Assembly: GCA_951406725.2 (NCBI GenBank)
Contig: OX597820.1
Location: 7,874,001 to 7,938,000, forward strand
Source: Octopus vulgaris
Taxonomy: Eukaryota
Length of the DNA: 64,000 bases
Reading direction: 5' to 3'
Made by a program: the position numbers and the translations under genes. Shown piece by piece: positions 39,867 through 54,297 of this stretch. Under the pieces are notes generated by a model. The model was not told the DNA's origin. It saw only the letters and a list, made by a program, of their open reading frames with translations, and made no database searches. Position 1 is the first letter of the stretch, and each line of letters starts with the position of its first letter.

Positions 39867-41030
39867 CAGGGTGCGTCAGGTTTTTGAGGACACCTCATTC
39901 AAGAGCTCTTTCTCCTAACCTATTTTTTAACCTGAATTTTCTCATAAATAATGTCAGACATCGGTTTGACTCAACAAATGGAAAGGTACGCTGTAATCGT
40001 TGCCTTAAAAGCGCTGCATAGTGATAGAGAGAAATCCCACTTCCTGAAAGTTGCCTGACCCTTCGTTTTCGAAAGGAGCTGGAAGCTGTTGACGGGGACC
40101 AGGTATCAGCAGTTCAACGCAAAACGCAAGCAGGGGGTCTTAATAACATCACAGCACATAACTTTGTACAAAAAGTCTAAGAAATATTCGATTAAAAATC
40201 CAGAAAATCAATCAGAGCCATTGCAAAAGACCTCAGGGTTTCGAAATGTACCATCAGAAGAGTTGTGCATGAAGACATCAAACACGAGTCGCATGTGATT
40301 CAGAAGGGTCGGTTTATGTTGGACGTGACAAGAGAGAAGACAAGAAACTGAGATGCTTTGGTTTTTCTTCGATGAGAAAAGCTTTGATAAGGACCAAAAG
40401 TTAAACCGAAGAAACGACAGATGGTTATGAAGAGACACTAATGAAGTTCCAACGCTCGTGCTTTCTAAGTTCCCAGTAATTGGCATGATTCTGGGAGTCG
40501 TCAGCAACGAATGAGTGCTCATGCCTGCTATTTTTTCTTACAGAGCTTAAGAGTCAGTGTCACTGTCTACACAAAGGTGCTGCAGAAAGTAATGAGGCCT
40601 TGAATAGACAGAACACGCAACAGAAGGCCGTATGTCTTCCAATAAGACTGCACAGTCTCGTAAAGTTAGAGATGTGTGCCAACCTCTATGATCAGGTCCT
40701 CCCAGGTACATGGCCCCCTAGGTCACCGAAATATTTCGTAGGGGGCGTAGTGGAGAGAGAGGTCAATCAACACCGCCATAACACCATGAAATCTTTCAAT
40801 TCCACCATAGTCTGCACAATGTTCAAAATAAAGACTATCTGATTAGGACATGTTAAAGCTTCCAAACCCTTATTGAAGGAACCATTGATGCTAACGGTGG
40901 ATTCCTTCAATGGATGGGGTAAAGGGATTCTCAAGATTATTTGCACCAATTTGTTTTCAAATACAGCTTTTCTTTGATGAGTTATGCTTCTTTTTCTAAC
41001 TTGATACAAATGACCTCAAATAACCTACGC
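39867..41030 (+). mobile_element. Decayed Tc1/mariner transposon, maT/DD37D-like
   Basis: TA-CAGGGTG terminus; FFDEKSFD, MILGVVSNE, RPYVFQ*D and WPPRSP motifs in order. Confidence 0.8.
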
Positions 41031-41039
41031 GGTTTGCAT

Positions 41040-41233
41040 TGTGTACCGTTGACGAATTTTTCCTCCGTCTTCCCTTCTTTGGATATTTCCTTTTCCTATG
41101 TTTCTGACGAAGAGCTCCGCTCGAAACGTTAAACCCTCCTTCTTTCCTCCTTTCCTGAGCGTCCAATAATACTATACTTGTTCCACGTCCTCACGTTGTT
41201 GCGTTTTCTCTTTGTGTTTTCATGTTTGGATTA

Positions 41234-41236
<3 letters not shown>
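41040..41236 (+). mobile_element. Short Penelope-like terminal-repeat element, family P2; copies at ~55780-55960 (-) and partial ~18192-18262 (+)
   Basis: Shared TTCCTGAGCGTCCAATAA.ACT...TTGTTCCACGTCCTC; ends at (TA)n; contains a hammerhead. Confidence 0.75.
41100..41134 (+). ncRNA. 35-nt minimal type I hammerhead ribozyme
   Basis: GTTT-CTGACGA-A-GAGC-TCC-GCTC-GAAA-CG-TT-AAAC; intact core, palindromic AACGTT helix III. Confidence 0.75.
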
Positions 41237-41291
<55 letters not shown>

Positions 41292-41915
41292 TATGTGAGT
41301 GTTTGTGGGGGGATTATGTATGTATGTATGTATGTATGTATGTATGTATGTATGTATGTATGTATGTATGTATGTATGTATGTATGTATGTATGTATGTA
41401 TGTATGTATGTATGTATGCACAGATATGCACGCAGATACAAGGAGACAGACAGAAAAATAAAGAATTAGAGATTTTCATAATTCTAGATGCGCCAATGAT
41501 GGACGCTTAATTAAATACAACCACCCGAAATTTTTAGGCCGAAGAGAGTGGAACTGTTCTGGTTTTCCAAAGATATTAGACTAGATTAGATTAGATTAGG
41601 TAGGTAGGTAGGTAGGTAGGTAGGTAGGTAGGTTCGCTTATTCTTTTATCGCTTTACTTGTGTCATCCATATGTCTGCGGTTATACAGGAGCACCACCGT
41701 AGCCTTTATGAATACCTCAGTCTGAGGTTTCACATCACCATTACTGTATAAAAAGCTGTTGGTCCATTTGGTGTATAAGGGAGTTTGATTCCGCTGCCCT
41801 CGTCTGCACCCCATGTTAGGCTGTTGGTTCATCCGGTATTGTGGAGGGGAGAATGTCTAGTTCCTTTTGAAGACATCTGCTTCCACGTTATGCATATATA
41901 TATATTTATGTACAT

Positions 41916-41962
<47 letters not shown>

Positions 41963-43143
41963 CACGCACATATATATATATATATACACTCAGACATATG
42001 TATATATGTATGTATATCTGTGCGTAGGTTGTGTATGTGCATGAGTTTCGACATAAACTACTTTTATAACTCAATTTGTATTGAGTGCTACATTTTGTAT
42101 TCTCGTAATCAAGCGTTGCGTATGCATGTGTGTGTGCACATGCATATATATACATACACATCTTCATATACATATATTTATAAGTACATATATGTATACA
42201 CATGCATACACACACAATAAGTCCATATACATATATATATATACGTGTGTGTATGTATATGTCATTTTTCTTTCGTTGCTATCTGCTTAGATATTCACAC
42301 CTTACCTCTATCACTCTAAGCAGTGTTTGAAGCTATCTCTTGCTGCACAATTTTCAACACGAATCTCTCAAGCACTTAGTGAGATGCTACTCTTAAACAA
42401 GTGTCACCACTTCACTACATTGATCTTAGCAATGAAATCACACAAAAATAACACTAAACAAACTGTGTGCACCTAGTTTGATAGCGACAAACCTGCTCAA
42501 TTTTAATACGTTTAAAATTTGTAATTCTTAAATCGAATTAAAAGATATTTTACATACAGCCTCCGAGTTTAATTTCTATTTAAAAAAAAAAGCACCAGCT
42601 AAATGTGCTGTAATCGAAATTATCGTGGATTTTTACATTTTTATTTATTTTCTGTAAGATAAAACAGGAAAATATAAAAAGATTAAAAAAAGTCACTCAT
42701 GTGATTATCCATAATTACTAAGTCAGAAAATAAAAATTGAAAAACTAACAGGAAAATAATTCAAAATATAAAAAAAAATTAAATTTCAAGATTGCCATAT
42801 ATAGGATATTTAATAAGATATTGCCAGTGATGTAATAATTCTGCAAAATGTGTGTTTTTTAAAAAAAAATGACATGATTCTTCAGTTTGTTGTTTATGGC
42901 ATACGCCAACCAAAATATATTGGCAGAGCTGGAAGCTAATTCCTTAAATTTCTTTAACACATAACGCTCTTACCAAAGAGTGTTGTCTATGTAAATATTT
43001 GTGTATGTATTAATTTATATAAATATTGTCCAACAATATTTGAGTGTAGCTGTAGACAATATATGTATATATACATACATACATATATGTGTGTGTGTAT
43101 GGCTAGATAGATCTCTATATATACATGTGTGTATGTGCATGTG

Positions 43144-43186
<43 letters not shown>

Positions 43187-43352
43187 GTCAGTTGTACATA
43201 GGATCAGTAGAGAAGTACTCCATTCCAACGAGAGACAAATATCATTTAATGACTATAGGATTTAACGTGAGCTACTTTAAGTTTCATGCTTGGATAATGC
43301 CGAAGCCCATCTGTCTTGTATAGTGTACCAGCAATCGTTTAGGTACGCACAG

Positions 43353-43474
<122 letters not shown>

Positions 43475-44026
43475 GTATATATGTATGTATAATATACGTA
43501 TGTATAATATAAGTATGTATATTTATGTCTATGCATTTTTGTGTTTATGTATGTGTGTATGCGTAAATGTTTGTGCAAGCTTGTACGGTTGAGTATACAA
43601 CTTATTTTTTATACATGTAGACATATTTTGAAACTATGGCTGTATTGGAGTTTTGTCTTTAAAAAAAAATTATAAATTTTTATCTTGTATAACTTCTTTG
43701 TAGCTTGTTTCGAGCACAAAATTTCACAAATTCATATTTTACATTACATTATAAATATTTGCATGCGCTCCTTCCTTGTTTTTTATAGTGGAACTTAAAA
43801 TATGCACCCATACGTAAATACTTGCACGTATACATAGCTATGTGTTTGTGTGTGTGCACACACACAAACAAACATGCGTGGCACACGCTTATATGGTCAC
43901 ACACACAAATATGTGCTTAAATATACACGTGTACCTTGAATTCCATTTTAAACACACACACACATGTAAATACCCCATTCATTCCTTGTGTGAATATATA
44001 TATATACAGGGAGAGTTTACGAAAAA

Positions 44027-44105
44027 AAAAACAAAAGATGAAGACAGGTGGTGTACAAAACAAACAGATGTATTAGTATAACGCTCAGGAATAGAAAAAG
44101 AAAAT
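44027..44105 (-). mobile_element. Truncated family P1 element without the hammerhead
   Basis: GGGAGAGTTTACG...GAAGACAGGTGGTGTACAAAACAAACAGATGTATTAGTATAACGCTCAGGAATAG. Confidence 0.75.
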
Positions 44106-44756
44106 AAAAAATAGAAAAATGCATATGTATATATATATATATATATATACATATGCATGTGTTTGTGCATACATATACACACACACACACTCACAACCGC
44201 ACAAGCTTACACTTACTGACATGCAGACACAGCCACACGCACATATTTGGACATGAGCAAGTATGTGCATACAGATAGTCTTTATTTAACTTTTATTTAA
44301 CAAGAAAGCCAAAACCCATACACGTGTGCGCGCCAAAAATATACCGCGATGTGCGAACATGCACTAAAACACTTAGAAAAGTTCATACGTGTACAAAGAC
44401 AGGTGTCTCTGTATTTTTGTGCTACCTGTGACTTATCTACCCACGATTTCTCATATCGCCCATCTACCCAGGTAGCCATGTATGGTCCATGTATCCCGAC
44501 AATGATATGTGATTTCTACTTTTTAACCCCACTGATCTACTTTCACTTTTACTTAAAACTTCACAGAATTCTTCTCAGGAAATTCATTTTGTGTTGAATC
44601 ACTTTAATTATATTTAAAAGAATTAATTACACTCAAGAGGTTTTAAATTGTTTAATCAATTCTGTTCTCGAAATATAATTTTGTTTGTTCATTCATTTTG
44701 TCTTGTTTTTTAGTGTTGTTGTATTAATGAGGTTTTGTGATTACATATATCAAATC

Positions 44757-44805
<49 letters not shown>

Positions 44806-45093
44806 CATACATATATATATATACATATATATATTTGTTCAATATATTTAAAACATTTAATCAGCAAACAATCGTTCTCTTCCCATATTATTTCTAGTTA
44901 CATGTCATAATGGTGATAATGATAATTATTACATAATATAGAAGGAGGAGGAGGTGGAGGTAGAGGAAAAATAGGAGAGGGGAAAGAAGGGGGATGAAAA
45001 GGAGAAGGAGTGGGAATAGGTAGAGGAGGGGAGGAGGGGAAGAGTTGAGGAGGTGGAGAGGAGGAATAGCGGAGGAGAAGAGCAACAACAGCA

Positions 45094-45465
45094 GGAGGCG
45101 CAATGGTCCAATGGTTAGGGCAGCGGATTCGCGGTCGGAGAATCGCGGTTTCGATTCACAGACCGGGCGTTGTGTGTGTTTATTGAGTGAAAACACCTAG
45201 AGCTCCACGAGGCTCCGGCAGGGGGTGGTGGCGACCCCTGTTGTACTCTTTCGCCCCAACTTTCTCTCACTCTTTCTTCTTGTTTCTTGTCCCCGACTTC
45301 CTACGCAACCGCTCAGCCTGGATGCGCATTCATCCATCCGTCGATGCTCTCGGTGTCGGGGGTTGACCTGCTTTCTCTTCTGCGGGTCTTACGAATAGCA
45401 AAGGGCCACGTTTCGGACTTCTCCCACTAGGACGAAGAAAGCTTCGCTCAATAAACAAACAAACA
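45094..45465 (+). mobile_element. Family C SINE with tail type 1
   Basis: 13-bp TSD AGCAACAACAGCA at 45081-45093 and 45466-45478. Confidence 0.92.
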
Positions 45466-45499
45466 AGCAACAACAGCAAGCCGACGATGATGGTGATGA

Positions 45500-46560
45500 T
45501 AATTTTATTTTCTCAAGATAACAAGAATAGAGAAAGAGCTGGTTTCTAACCTAAATCCACGGCTCCTTCATTGGAATTTCAACTTCAACAACAGGTATTC
45601 TTGTTTGTTTGTATCTATGTGTGCATATGTGCAGATTTGTATGTTTTATGTATGTCTTCTCATGCATATACTTGTATATCTAGACATGTTCATATATATT
45701 TAAATGATGGATCTGTAGTCTTCGAATCAGCTTTCTCCTTTCTGGTTTTGAGAAGCTTAATTTCTCAGGATCGGTATTTAGGCAGTGTGTTACATATCCC
45801 AGTGCTCCAATAACTACAGGTATAAACCTTAACTTGTAGTCTGGATAGAGTAACTGCAGATTTCTCAATAGTTCAGCGTAGATATTTTCTTTTTCACTGA
45901 TCTTCAGCTTTATGTTAACATCCACTGGGCTGCTGATTTTCACAACTCTACACAGAGTCTCTCTTCTCTATCCCAAATCATTATATCTGGTCTGTTGTGC
46001 TTACATTTTATTGATGTCTTCACTGGGACATTCCTCCAGTACTCTTTTTTATTATGAGTGGCTATGGCTTCTACCATATTGTGGGTTTTTTTTTCTTTGT
46101 CCTCGGGATTATCCTTCCGGCGGATTTCATTATACGGTGTCCTTGCTAATACATCGTGTCTCATCGGTAGATAATACCGTGATGACATTTTCGGGCAACT
46201 GCTTATGATGTGAAAGATATCTTCAGTCTTAACTCCACAGAGTCTGCATCGGTTGTCACATTTTGCTGCTTTTCCTGCATCCCTGTCCCTTTCGTGCATC
46301 AGGATTTTGGTTGATATTTCTTGTTCCTGAATCGCAAACGCATGCCCTTCTGTGTGGGAGTTAGTAACCCGGCTGTTGATCCACGATAGACTGCTTTGAC
46401 GATCAATGTTACTATTATCTCTTAGCTTTCTACTAACATATCCATGAATGGTCTTCTACTCATATACGCTCGTCCTTTCATCTGATGATACGTTGTGGTA
46501 AAGTCGTGCGACGTCTGGTGCTCAAGAAGTTGCTTTTCAGGTCTTATGTTATCAACCTCA
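45500..46560 (-). mobile_element. R4/Dong-type LINE 3' portion (CCHC finger, restriction-like endonuclease, 3' UTR)
   Basis: CRLCGVKTEDIFHIISSC, RHD, HNRPDIMIWD, FIPVVIGALG; the truncated 5' end abuts (TATG)n. Confidence 0.9.
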
Positions 46561-46860
46561 TGTATGTATGTATGTATGTATGTATGTATGTATGTATGTA
46601 TGTATGTATGTATGTATGTATGTATGTATGTATGTATGTATGTATGTATGTATGTGTGTGTATGTATGTATGTATGTGTGTATGTTTGTGTGTGTGTATG
46701 TATGTATGTATGTATGTGTGTGTGTATGTATGTATGCATGTGTGTGTGTGTGTATGTATGTATGTGTGTGTATGTATGTATGTATGTATGTATGTATGTA
46801 TGTATGTTTGTATGTATGTATGTTTGTATGTATGTATGAATGTATGTTTGTATGTATGTA
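46561..46860. repeat. (TATG)n microsatellite
   Basis: Directly visible. Confidence 0.98.
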
Positions 46861-47121
46861 TCTTTCCAACTCACGTGCGCATTATCTGGATTAAAAGAGA
46901 CTTAATTGTCGATATTCTGTCACGGTGTATCTAGGACAACATCCTCTCTAACTGCCATTTTCACTGGGGTCTTGTGACCTCTAAATCGTATGAAATACTC
47001 AAGTGGCACAGTGGCAAAAACTGAAATCCTAACTGAATCTTTACGTTAATTGCCAACAAACCAAAAACAAAACAAAAAAAAAGATTTGTAAAGCCTTATC
47101 GCTTTCTCTTTTAGTCTCTTA

Positions 47122-47506
47122 CTAGCAGTATCGCCCGGCGTTGCTCAGGTTTGTAAGGGAAATAACTATAAAGCATTTTTAGAGAGTTATAGGCAAAAAA
47201 TAGCAAAAAAATGGAAAAAAATTATGGTAAATTTTTTTTTGAGATTTAAAAAAGGTAGAGTTGCGTCCCCTAGACAGTTTGTGGTTCGTATTCCTGATTC
47301 TCGACCCCATGTCGAATTTATCGATTTTTTTCAGAACTGGGGGAACTTTTCAAAATTTTCGCTGCGTTAGTTTTGAATTATGACATTGGGCTATGTGTGT
47401 GTCAAGTCTCATCAGAATCGGTTGAAAGCCGTGGTCAGGGTGAGGGTACGAGAAAACAGACACACAGAAACACGCACAGACAAACTGCCGTTTATATAGA
47501 GAGAGA
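47122..47506 (-). mobile_element. Non-autonomous Helitron
   Basis: Minus strand A|TC...CTAG|T termini with a subterminal GC-rich hairpin (CCTGAGCAACGCCGGG) and no TSD. Confidence 0.85.
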
Positions 47507-47845
47507 TTACAACACACCCACACACATATACAGACTCGCACTTATACAAGCACACATACCCGTACACAAATACATACGCATACACACACACACACGCAAA
47601 GCACATGCACTCGCACAAAATATGCACAGACATACGCGCATTCGCAACACCCTTTACGCGTACACGTATAACAAATATATTATACAATACATGATAGGCG
47701 TACGCGTAGATGTATATAGATGTATATATCTGTGTGTGAGTGTGTGAGAGAGGGGGGGCGAGAGAGATAATCTTCTGATTTTCTCTCACCATAAATATAC
47801 AATATATATATGTATGTATAACTATATACACATATATGCATTTAT

Positions 47846-47893
<48 letters not shown>

Positions 47894-48647
47894 TCACATA
47901 CATACATATACATATGTGTGTATGCATATGTGTATGAATGTATGTGTGTATATGTATGTATGCGTATATATGTATGTATGAGTGTTTCATAATGCACTAA
48001 GTATTACTGATTTCAGTAATTGCCCCAACCCATTTCAATCTGTTTAATATCCATAATAAACACAATAAGGGGGGGCCATATTATACCACATTATCATATC
48101 CTGTCCGTTACCATGGTTTTAAATAGCTCGCAGACATTTACCAATAAAAGCACACTCTTCCTTGTTCCGAATTCTCAGAACACACAGATATTGCGTGTCA
48201 AGAGCTTGGCAATTCCATTCCGAACTATTTGTAGCAATAAAAGAAGACAGGAGATATCCCACCTTTCTTCTAATTAACTATACAGGTATTTAATATTAAA
48301 CCTTTCAACTGATATATTATCTCCTATTATGGCGTGTTTTCTTGCAGTCTTTTAATATGTCGTCAAGTTAACATTAAAACGATTATGAACGATTGAGAGA
48401 GTCTCGCGCCGTTCATACGAGGTGTAATTAATTTGATGTTTCACGTAACCTGGCCGATGTTGAGCTGCTTTAATAGCCTCGGCTCTGGACTGCAGATGAA
48501 GACAGCACAGGATTGATTTCCATATTTTTCGCTTTATTCATTGTTATGACTTCACGCGAATTCATCACACATGAAATAGATTTAACCATTCCTACCACTC
48601 GCTTTTCCTCTCACTCTCCCTTCCCCCTCTTTCTCCCCCCTCTCTCT

Positions 48648-48749
<102 letters not shown>

Positions 48750-48831
48750 TATATATATGTATATATCCGAATTTCTGAGTACCTCATTTCTTCTAATATA
48801 AAATACCTGTACATCATCTCCAAACCTTCTA

Positions 48832-48914
<83 letters not shown>

Positions 48915-49224
48915 GATGGATGTGTATGTATATGTACTTATGTATATTATATGTGTGTGTGAAAAAAGATAGTCTTTAAATAAGCTATATTAAAAAATAT
49001 TGTGAAGAAAGCAAACCTTATGGAAGGAACTATTTTTGTGAGTGCATTTCGCTATCTTCAGCATTTTAAACATGGGTGTTACGAGGTTGTCCGTGTGGTA
49101 CGGCTTACCTTATAACATATGGATAGCTTTATGTTCAAGACAGCGAAGAGAGCTCACACAAAAACAACCTTCCATCAGGTCTGCGTTAATCTGCTGTTTT
49201 TTCGGGGTTCTTTTTTTCTTTTTC

Positions 49225-50365
49225 AAAGATTTCATTAGGTAGATCATGGCATGATAAGTCATAAGGTGCGAGACCTTGGCGTTGCTGGTAAACTGGGAGA
49301 GAGGCTGCATCACTTCCTTAAAGACAGAAGTCAGGCAGTTGCAGCCAATGGTACCCTTTCTGAGGAAACTCATCCTTAGTGGCGTCCCTCAGGGAACTGT
49401 TCTGGGGCCATTACTGTTCATAATTGTTGTTTGTTTCTTTCTCGAGCCACGCCTGGCTCATAAGGGCCGGTTTCCCGGTTTCCTTGGCGTATAGGTTCCC
49501 CACCTTGACGGACGCCGGTCCGTCGCAGGTGAGCTGCGAAGTGCAGGAGGAAAGAGTGACAGAAAGTTGTGGCGAAAGATTCAGCAGAAGTTCGCCATTA
49601 CCTTCTGCCGGGGCCGCGTGAAGCTTAGGTGTTTCGCTCATAAACACACACATCGCCCGGTCTGAGATTCGAACCCGCGATCCCTCGACCGGGAGTCCGC
49701 TGTTCTAACCACTTAGCCATGTGCCTCCGCACTGTTCATAATAGCCCTCGTTGACATGCCCACTATCACTCAGACAGCCATTGCCCTTAGCTATGCCGAT
49801 GATACAAAATTATCACAGGCAATAAAAAAAATCAAGATGACGACGCAAGCTTACAGCGGGACCTGAATGCAATATACAAGTGGGCCGAAATAAACAACAT
49901 GCAGTTTAATGCTGGAAAATTTCAAGCACTGCACCATCAACTCACGAATGCACTGCAGCCTGCATATACAGGAGCCGAATGCACTGCAATCTCAGAGTCA
50001 CAGGCAGTATGTGCAATGCTGCATCATTTCATTTGCACATCACCACGATGGTAGCAAAATACCTACAACTGGCAGGATGGACATTAAGGTCTTTCAAGAC
50101 ATGAGACCTAGAAACTATGATGACCCTATGGAAAACTTTTGTTCTCAGCCGCCGAGACTACTGCTCCCGATTATGGTCACCGCATCAAAAAGGGAACTAG
50201 ATGTCCTCCTCTCCACTACACCGGATGAACCAACGACCAGAGCAACGGAATACACCAAATGGGCCAACAGTTGCAATAAAAGCATATACAAGAGGGTTGA
50301 TATGAAACAACCCAGACTGAAGAATTCAGCAAAACCACGGTGGTGCTCCAGTATGACCACAGCCA
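49225..50365 (+). mobile_element. Decayed CR1/L2-type LINE (RT to 3' end), interrupted by a SINE
   Basis: VDHGMI, FLKDRSQAVAANG, SGVPQGTVLGPLLFII, SYADDTK, LSTTPDEP; 3' GGTGGTGCTCCAGTATGACCACAGC. Confidence 0.88.
49425..49730 (-). mobile_element. Family C-like SINE with tail type 3
   Basis: tRNA-like head GGAGGCACATGGCTAAGTGGTTAG; 12-bp TSD ACTGTTCATAAT at 49413-49424 and 49731-49742. Confidence 0.9.
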
Positions 50366-50899
50366 TATATATATACTATATTTAAGGGGCAAAAACCCTC
50401 CGGTCTCGAACGTCAATGTGATTGCGCCTAGAAATTTACCATCGAGGCACAAGTCTGGGCAAGATTCTTTGTGGAAGGCCAGCAGTTGCAGGTGCATACA
50501 AGTGTACCCTCTCCACCCCACCAATGTTAACCAAGGGAAAAGCAAAAGGGGCCGATACAGCTTGGCACCTGTGACGTCGCAACTCATTTTTACAGCTGAG
50601 TGAACTGGAGCAACGTCAAATAAAGTGTCTTGCTCAAGAACACAGCGCCCGATCGGGGAATCGAACTCAAAATGTCACGATTGTAAGCCCGACGCTCTAA
50701 TCACTGAACAATACGTGTTCACGTATGCGCGCGCGCGTACATAAATGTGAATTTGTCTGTTACCTACATCCCAAAGATGGAGCCTTGTAGTTTTGTTGCA
50801 AACCGGTTCCCTCCGCTGTGGATCTATTTCTAGCATTAAAAAAAAATAGAATAGACACACAAACATACGTATGTATTTATGTATATACATGTACACAAA

Positions 50900-51318
50900 C
50901 AGGAGTGGCTGTGTGGTAAGTAGCTTGCTAACCAACCACATGGTTCCGGGTTCAGTCCCACTGCGTGGCATCTTGAGCAAGTATCTTCTGCTATAGCCCC
51001 GGGCCGACCAATGCCTTGTGAGTGGATTTGGTAGACGGAAACTGAAAGAAGCCTGTCGTATATATGTATATATATATATATATATAAGTCTGTGTATATG
51101 TTTGTGTGTATGTGTTTGTCCCCCTAGCACTGATTGACAACCGATGCTGGTGTGTTTACGTCCCCGTCACTTAGCGGTTCGGCAAAAGAGACCGATAGAA
51201 TAAGTACTGGGCTTACAAAGAATAAGTCCCGGGGTCGATTTGCTCGACTAAAGGCGGTGCTCCAGCATGGCCGCAGTCAAATGACTGAAACAAGTAAAAG
51301 AGTCAAAGAGTAAAAGAG
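50900..51318 (+). mobile_element. Family A SINE
   Basis: Near-identical to 10871-11283 and 28083-28500. Confidence 0.92.
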
Positions 51319-51382
51319 AAATAGAGTAAACACATACATCCATTCATCCATACATACATGCATTATTGTGTATGTGTGTATA

Positions 51383-51950
51383 CGAGGGGGTACCCAAAAG
51401 AAACCGGAATTTTACAATATTATTTCATTCACTTAATTTTACATGTTTACTCTTTAAAGTATTATCTTCATTTGAAGCAATGCATCGGTCCAGACGCGTT
51501 TTCCACTATTCGAAGCAGTGCTGAAACTCTTGCGAAGTGATGCCTTCTAACGCCTCCTTCGTTTTGTTTTTGTTTTTTTACTCTCCTTTCTTCACCTCTT
51601 CCACATCTCCAAATTCCGTAGCGCCAGCTTTCATCACCAGTGATAACCTTCGAAAAAAGGGCCAGATCAACTTCCAACTGTTCTTTCAGTTCCACGACAC
51701 GCATTCAGTCGTGATTGCTTTTAATCTTCCGTGACCAAGCGAGGCACAGATTTTGCTGCAACTCGTTCCATTCGCAAATCTTCGCTCAAAATTCATTGTC
51801 AGGAACTCCAAGACACACCAATCATAGCAACAAGTTCGTCAATTATTCAATGACGGTTCTCCAAGATCCGTTCATGAATTTTCATGATGTTTTCATTTGT
51901 TCAGGAGGTCGGCAATCGTCCTGAATGAAATTGGTCCTCAAGCGACAAGT
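51383..51950 (-). mobile_element. Mariner fragment with one terminus and internal deletions
   Basis: TA-CGAGGGGGTACCCAAAAGAAACCGGAA terminus; FSKVITGDESW (first catalytic D). Confidence 0.85.
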
Positions 51951-52203
51951 GACAATTACTGGCAAGAGGATAGAGGCTGAAATATTTCCTGGTTCTAAAG
52001 AGAACGTCCGACTTTGAGATGTTAAGGATGAGTTTCGTCAATGGAGACTATTCTTCAAACAGAAATCTAGCATCAGGGCCCTACTTCTCATTGGCAACTC
52101 CAAACATCCCCTTGTACACCCACACTCATCTCTCACGTCACGTCATCTGCTGGGGATGATATTGGCTACTTTGACCAATCACAGTGACTATTACATTTGC
52201 TGT

Positions 52204-52568
52204 TGCTGTTGAGCGAAGCGGTCTACGTCCTAGTGGGAGAAGTCCGAAACGTGGTCCTTTGCTATTCGTAAGACCCGCAGAAGAGAAAGCAGGTCAACCC
52301 CCGACGCCGAGAACATCGACGGATGGATGAATGTGCATCCAGGCTCAGCGGTTGCGTAGGAAGTCGGGGACAAGAAGCAAGAAGAAAGAGTGAGAGAAAG
52401 TTGGGGCGAAAGAGTACAACAGGGGTCGCCACCACCCCCTGCCGGAGCTTCGTGGAGCTTTAGGTGTTTTCGCTCAATAAACACACATAACGCACGGTCT
52501 GGGAATCGAAACTGCAATCCTCCGACCGCGAGTCCGCTGCCCTAACCATTGGGCCTTTGCACCTCCAC
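52204..52568 (-). mobile_element. Family C SINE with tail type 1
   Basis: 13-bp TSD TTACATTTGCTGT at 52191-52203 and 52569-52581. Confidence 0.92.
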
Positions 52569-53411
52569 TTACATTTGCTGTGTTCTAATACCAACGACTT
52601 CTTCTCCCTAACAGACTAGTCTTGCCTACAACAACTGCGGCCCTTTTGATGATTTTCTCTTAACTGAAAAAAGGATTTATCCTGGAATATTACAAGATTA
52701 CTAAATCACCTTCTCAAAGTAATACAGTATTTATTTTTCACTTTGATCCACCAGCGCTGTGTTTTGAGGAATTCCTTACTCATTTTGTTCAAATGTTTTA
52801 CATATCTTTCAAATAAAGCAACGTTTCAAGCAGATTACGATACACTCTTATATCAGAAAGTTTGTTAATGTAACAATCTATAATATTATTCAGTAAGTCA
52901 CAATTTGTATTCAAATGGTGCGCTCTAAAGAACTGTAACTATGGAACGGACTGCAAAACAAAATCAAAGTCTTTAACGTAATGAAACAATGAAATGAAAA
53001 TCTATAAATTTATAAACGAAAACAAAAATTCAGAACATTTATATAACGTGAAAGTTTTTAAGGTCCCACTAAATTATTTATAATCACCCATGCTATATAT
53101 AAGTGTTGTTATTATGTGTATATCATGAAAACATAAGTAGTAATAGCTTTTATTTTTGTTGTTGTTATCATTATTATTATTTTGTAAATTAGAAAAATGT
53201 TCATCTGGGGAAATTTCTCTAACAGACAAGCGTACAGTTGTGTCGAGAATTTCCATCTCATATTTTCACAGAAACAGCAATAAGTCCTGAATTATTGGAA
53301 ATTTCACTTTACACTTTGAAGCCAGCTAAGTGTATTATGCCCGCAGTTTGTATTTAAATACTTCTTTTGGAAAAATAACTTCATACATACCTACACATGC
53401 ATCCACACATG

Positions 53412-53450
<39 letters not shown>

Positions 53451-54141
53451 AATTCTCACTCACTGTATGTATGTATATACGTGTATATGCATAAGTATGT
53501 ATGAATGTGTGTATGCATGTATATATATCTATGCATGTGTGTGTTTAAAGAAGATGATAAAATTATGTAAAATACCGGATTCTTTGTGTTTCCATCTTTA
53601 AAAAGCAACAAATCATCGAAAATAGGTTTTCATTTCAAGATCTGCACGTATCTAGGAAAATATATTTGTGTGTGGACTCGCGTCGATAGGCGTGTGCGCT
53701 TCTTACGTATAACGACGACGACGACGACGCCATTCAAACAGAATACAGTTCTCGAGTACTTCAACACATACATATGAATATATGTTTACATGCGTGTATA
53801 TATATATATATATATGCACACATATATATGCATATATGTTAGTGTGTGTATGTACAATACACACAGGTGTATCGTGGGCAGAGTTTGCGCAAATGCATAT
53901 ATGTAAGCGTTTAAGTTTGTATGCAATTTTATGTACACTCACAACAAAAAGGCATATATGAGAACACACACACACACAAACACATATTTATTATTCATAT
54001 ACAATTATATTATGTTAACAAATATATAGGTGCGATTAAATACGTATACACACAGACACAGACGCACACACGTGTGTGCGTATGAGTACATGTATGTCAG
54101 TGTGTGTGTGTGAGTACATACATATATATATATATATATAT

Positions 54142-54297
54142 AGGGAGAGCTTACGAAAAAAACAAAAGACGAAGACAGGTGGTGTACAAAACAAACAGAT
54201 GTATTAGTATAACGCTCAGGAATAGAAAAAGCCTTTTACGTTTCGAGCCTACGCTCTTCTATAGAAAGGGTCACAGAAAAAACAAGGAGAGAAAAAA
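54142..54297 (-). mobile_element. Family P1 element, variant hammerhead at 54232-54269
   Basis: Minus strand CCTTT-CTATAGA-A-GAGC-GTAG-GCTC-GAAA-CG-TA-AAAGG, between TA runs. Confidence 0.7.

Noticed and set aside
45360-45425. GACCTGC/GCGGGTC stem followed by CGAAT in SINE tail 1, suggestive of an HDV-like ribozyme
   Set aside because: The 10-nt loop is too short to hold P2, P3 and L3 of the double pseudoknot.
48380-48560. Unique CpG-retaining stretch with TAAT motifs, a possible enhancer
   Set aside because: Cannot be supported without conservation or chromatin data.
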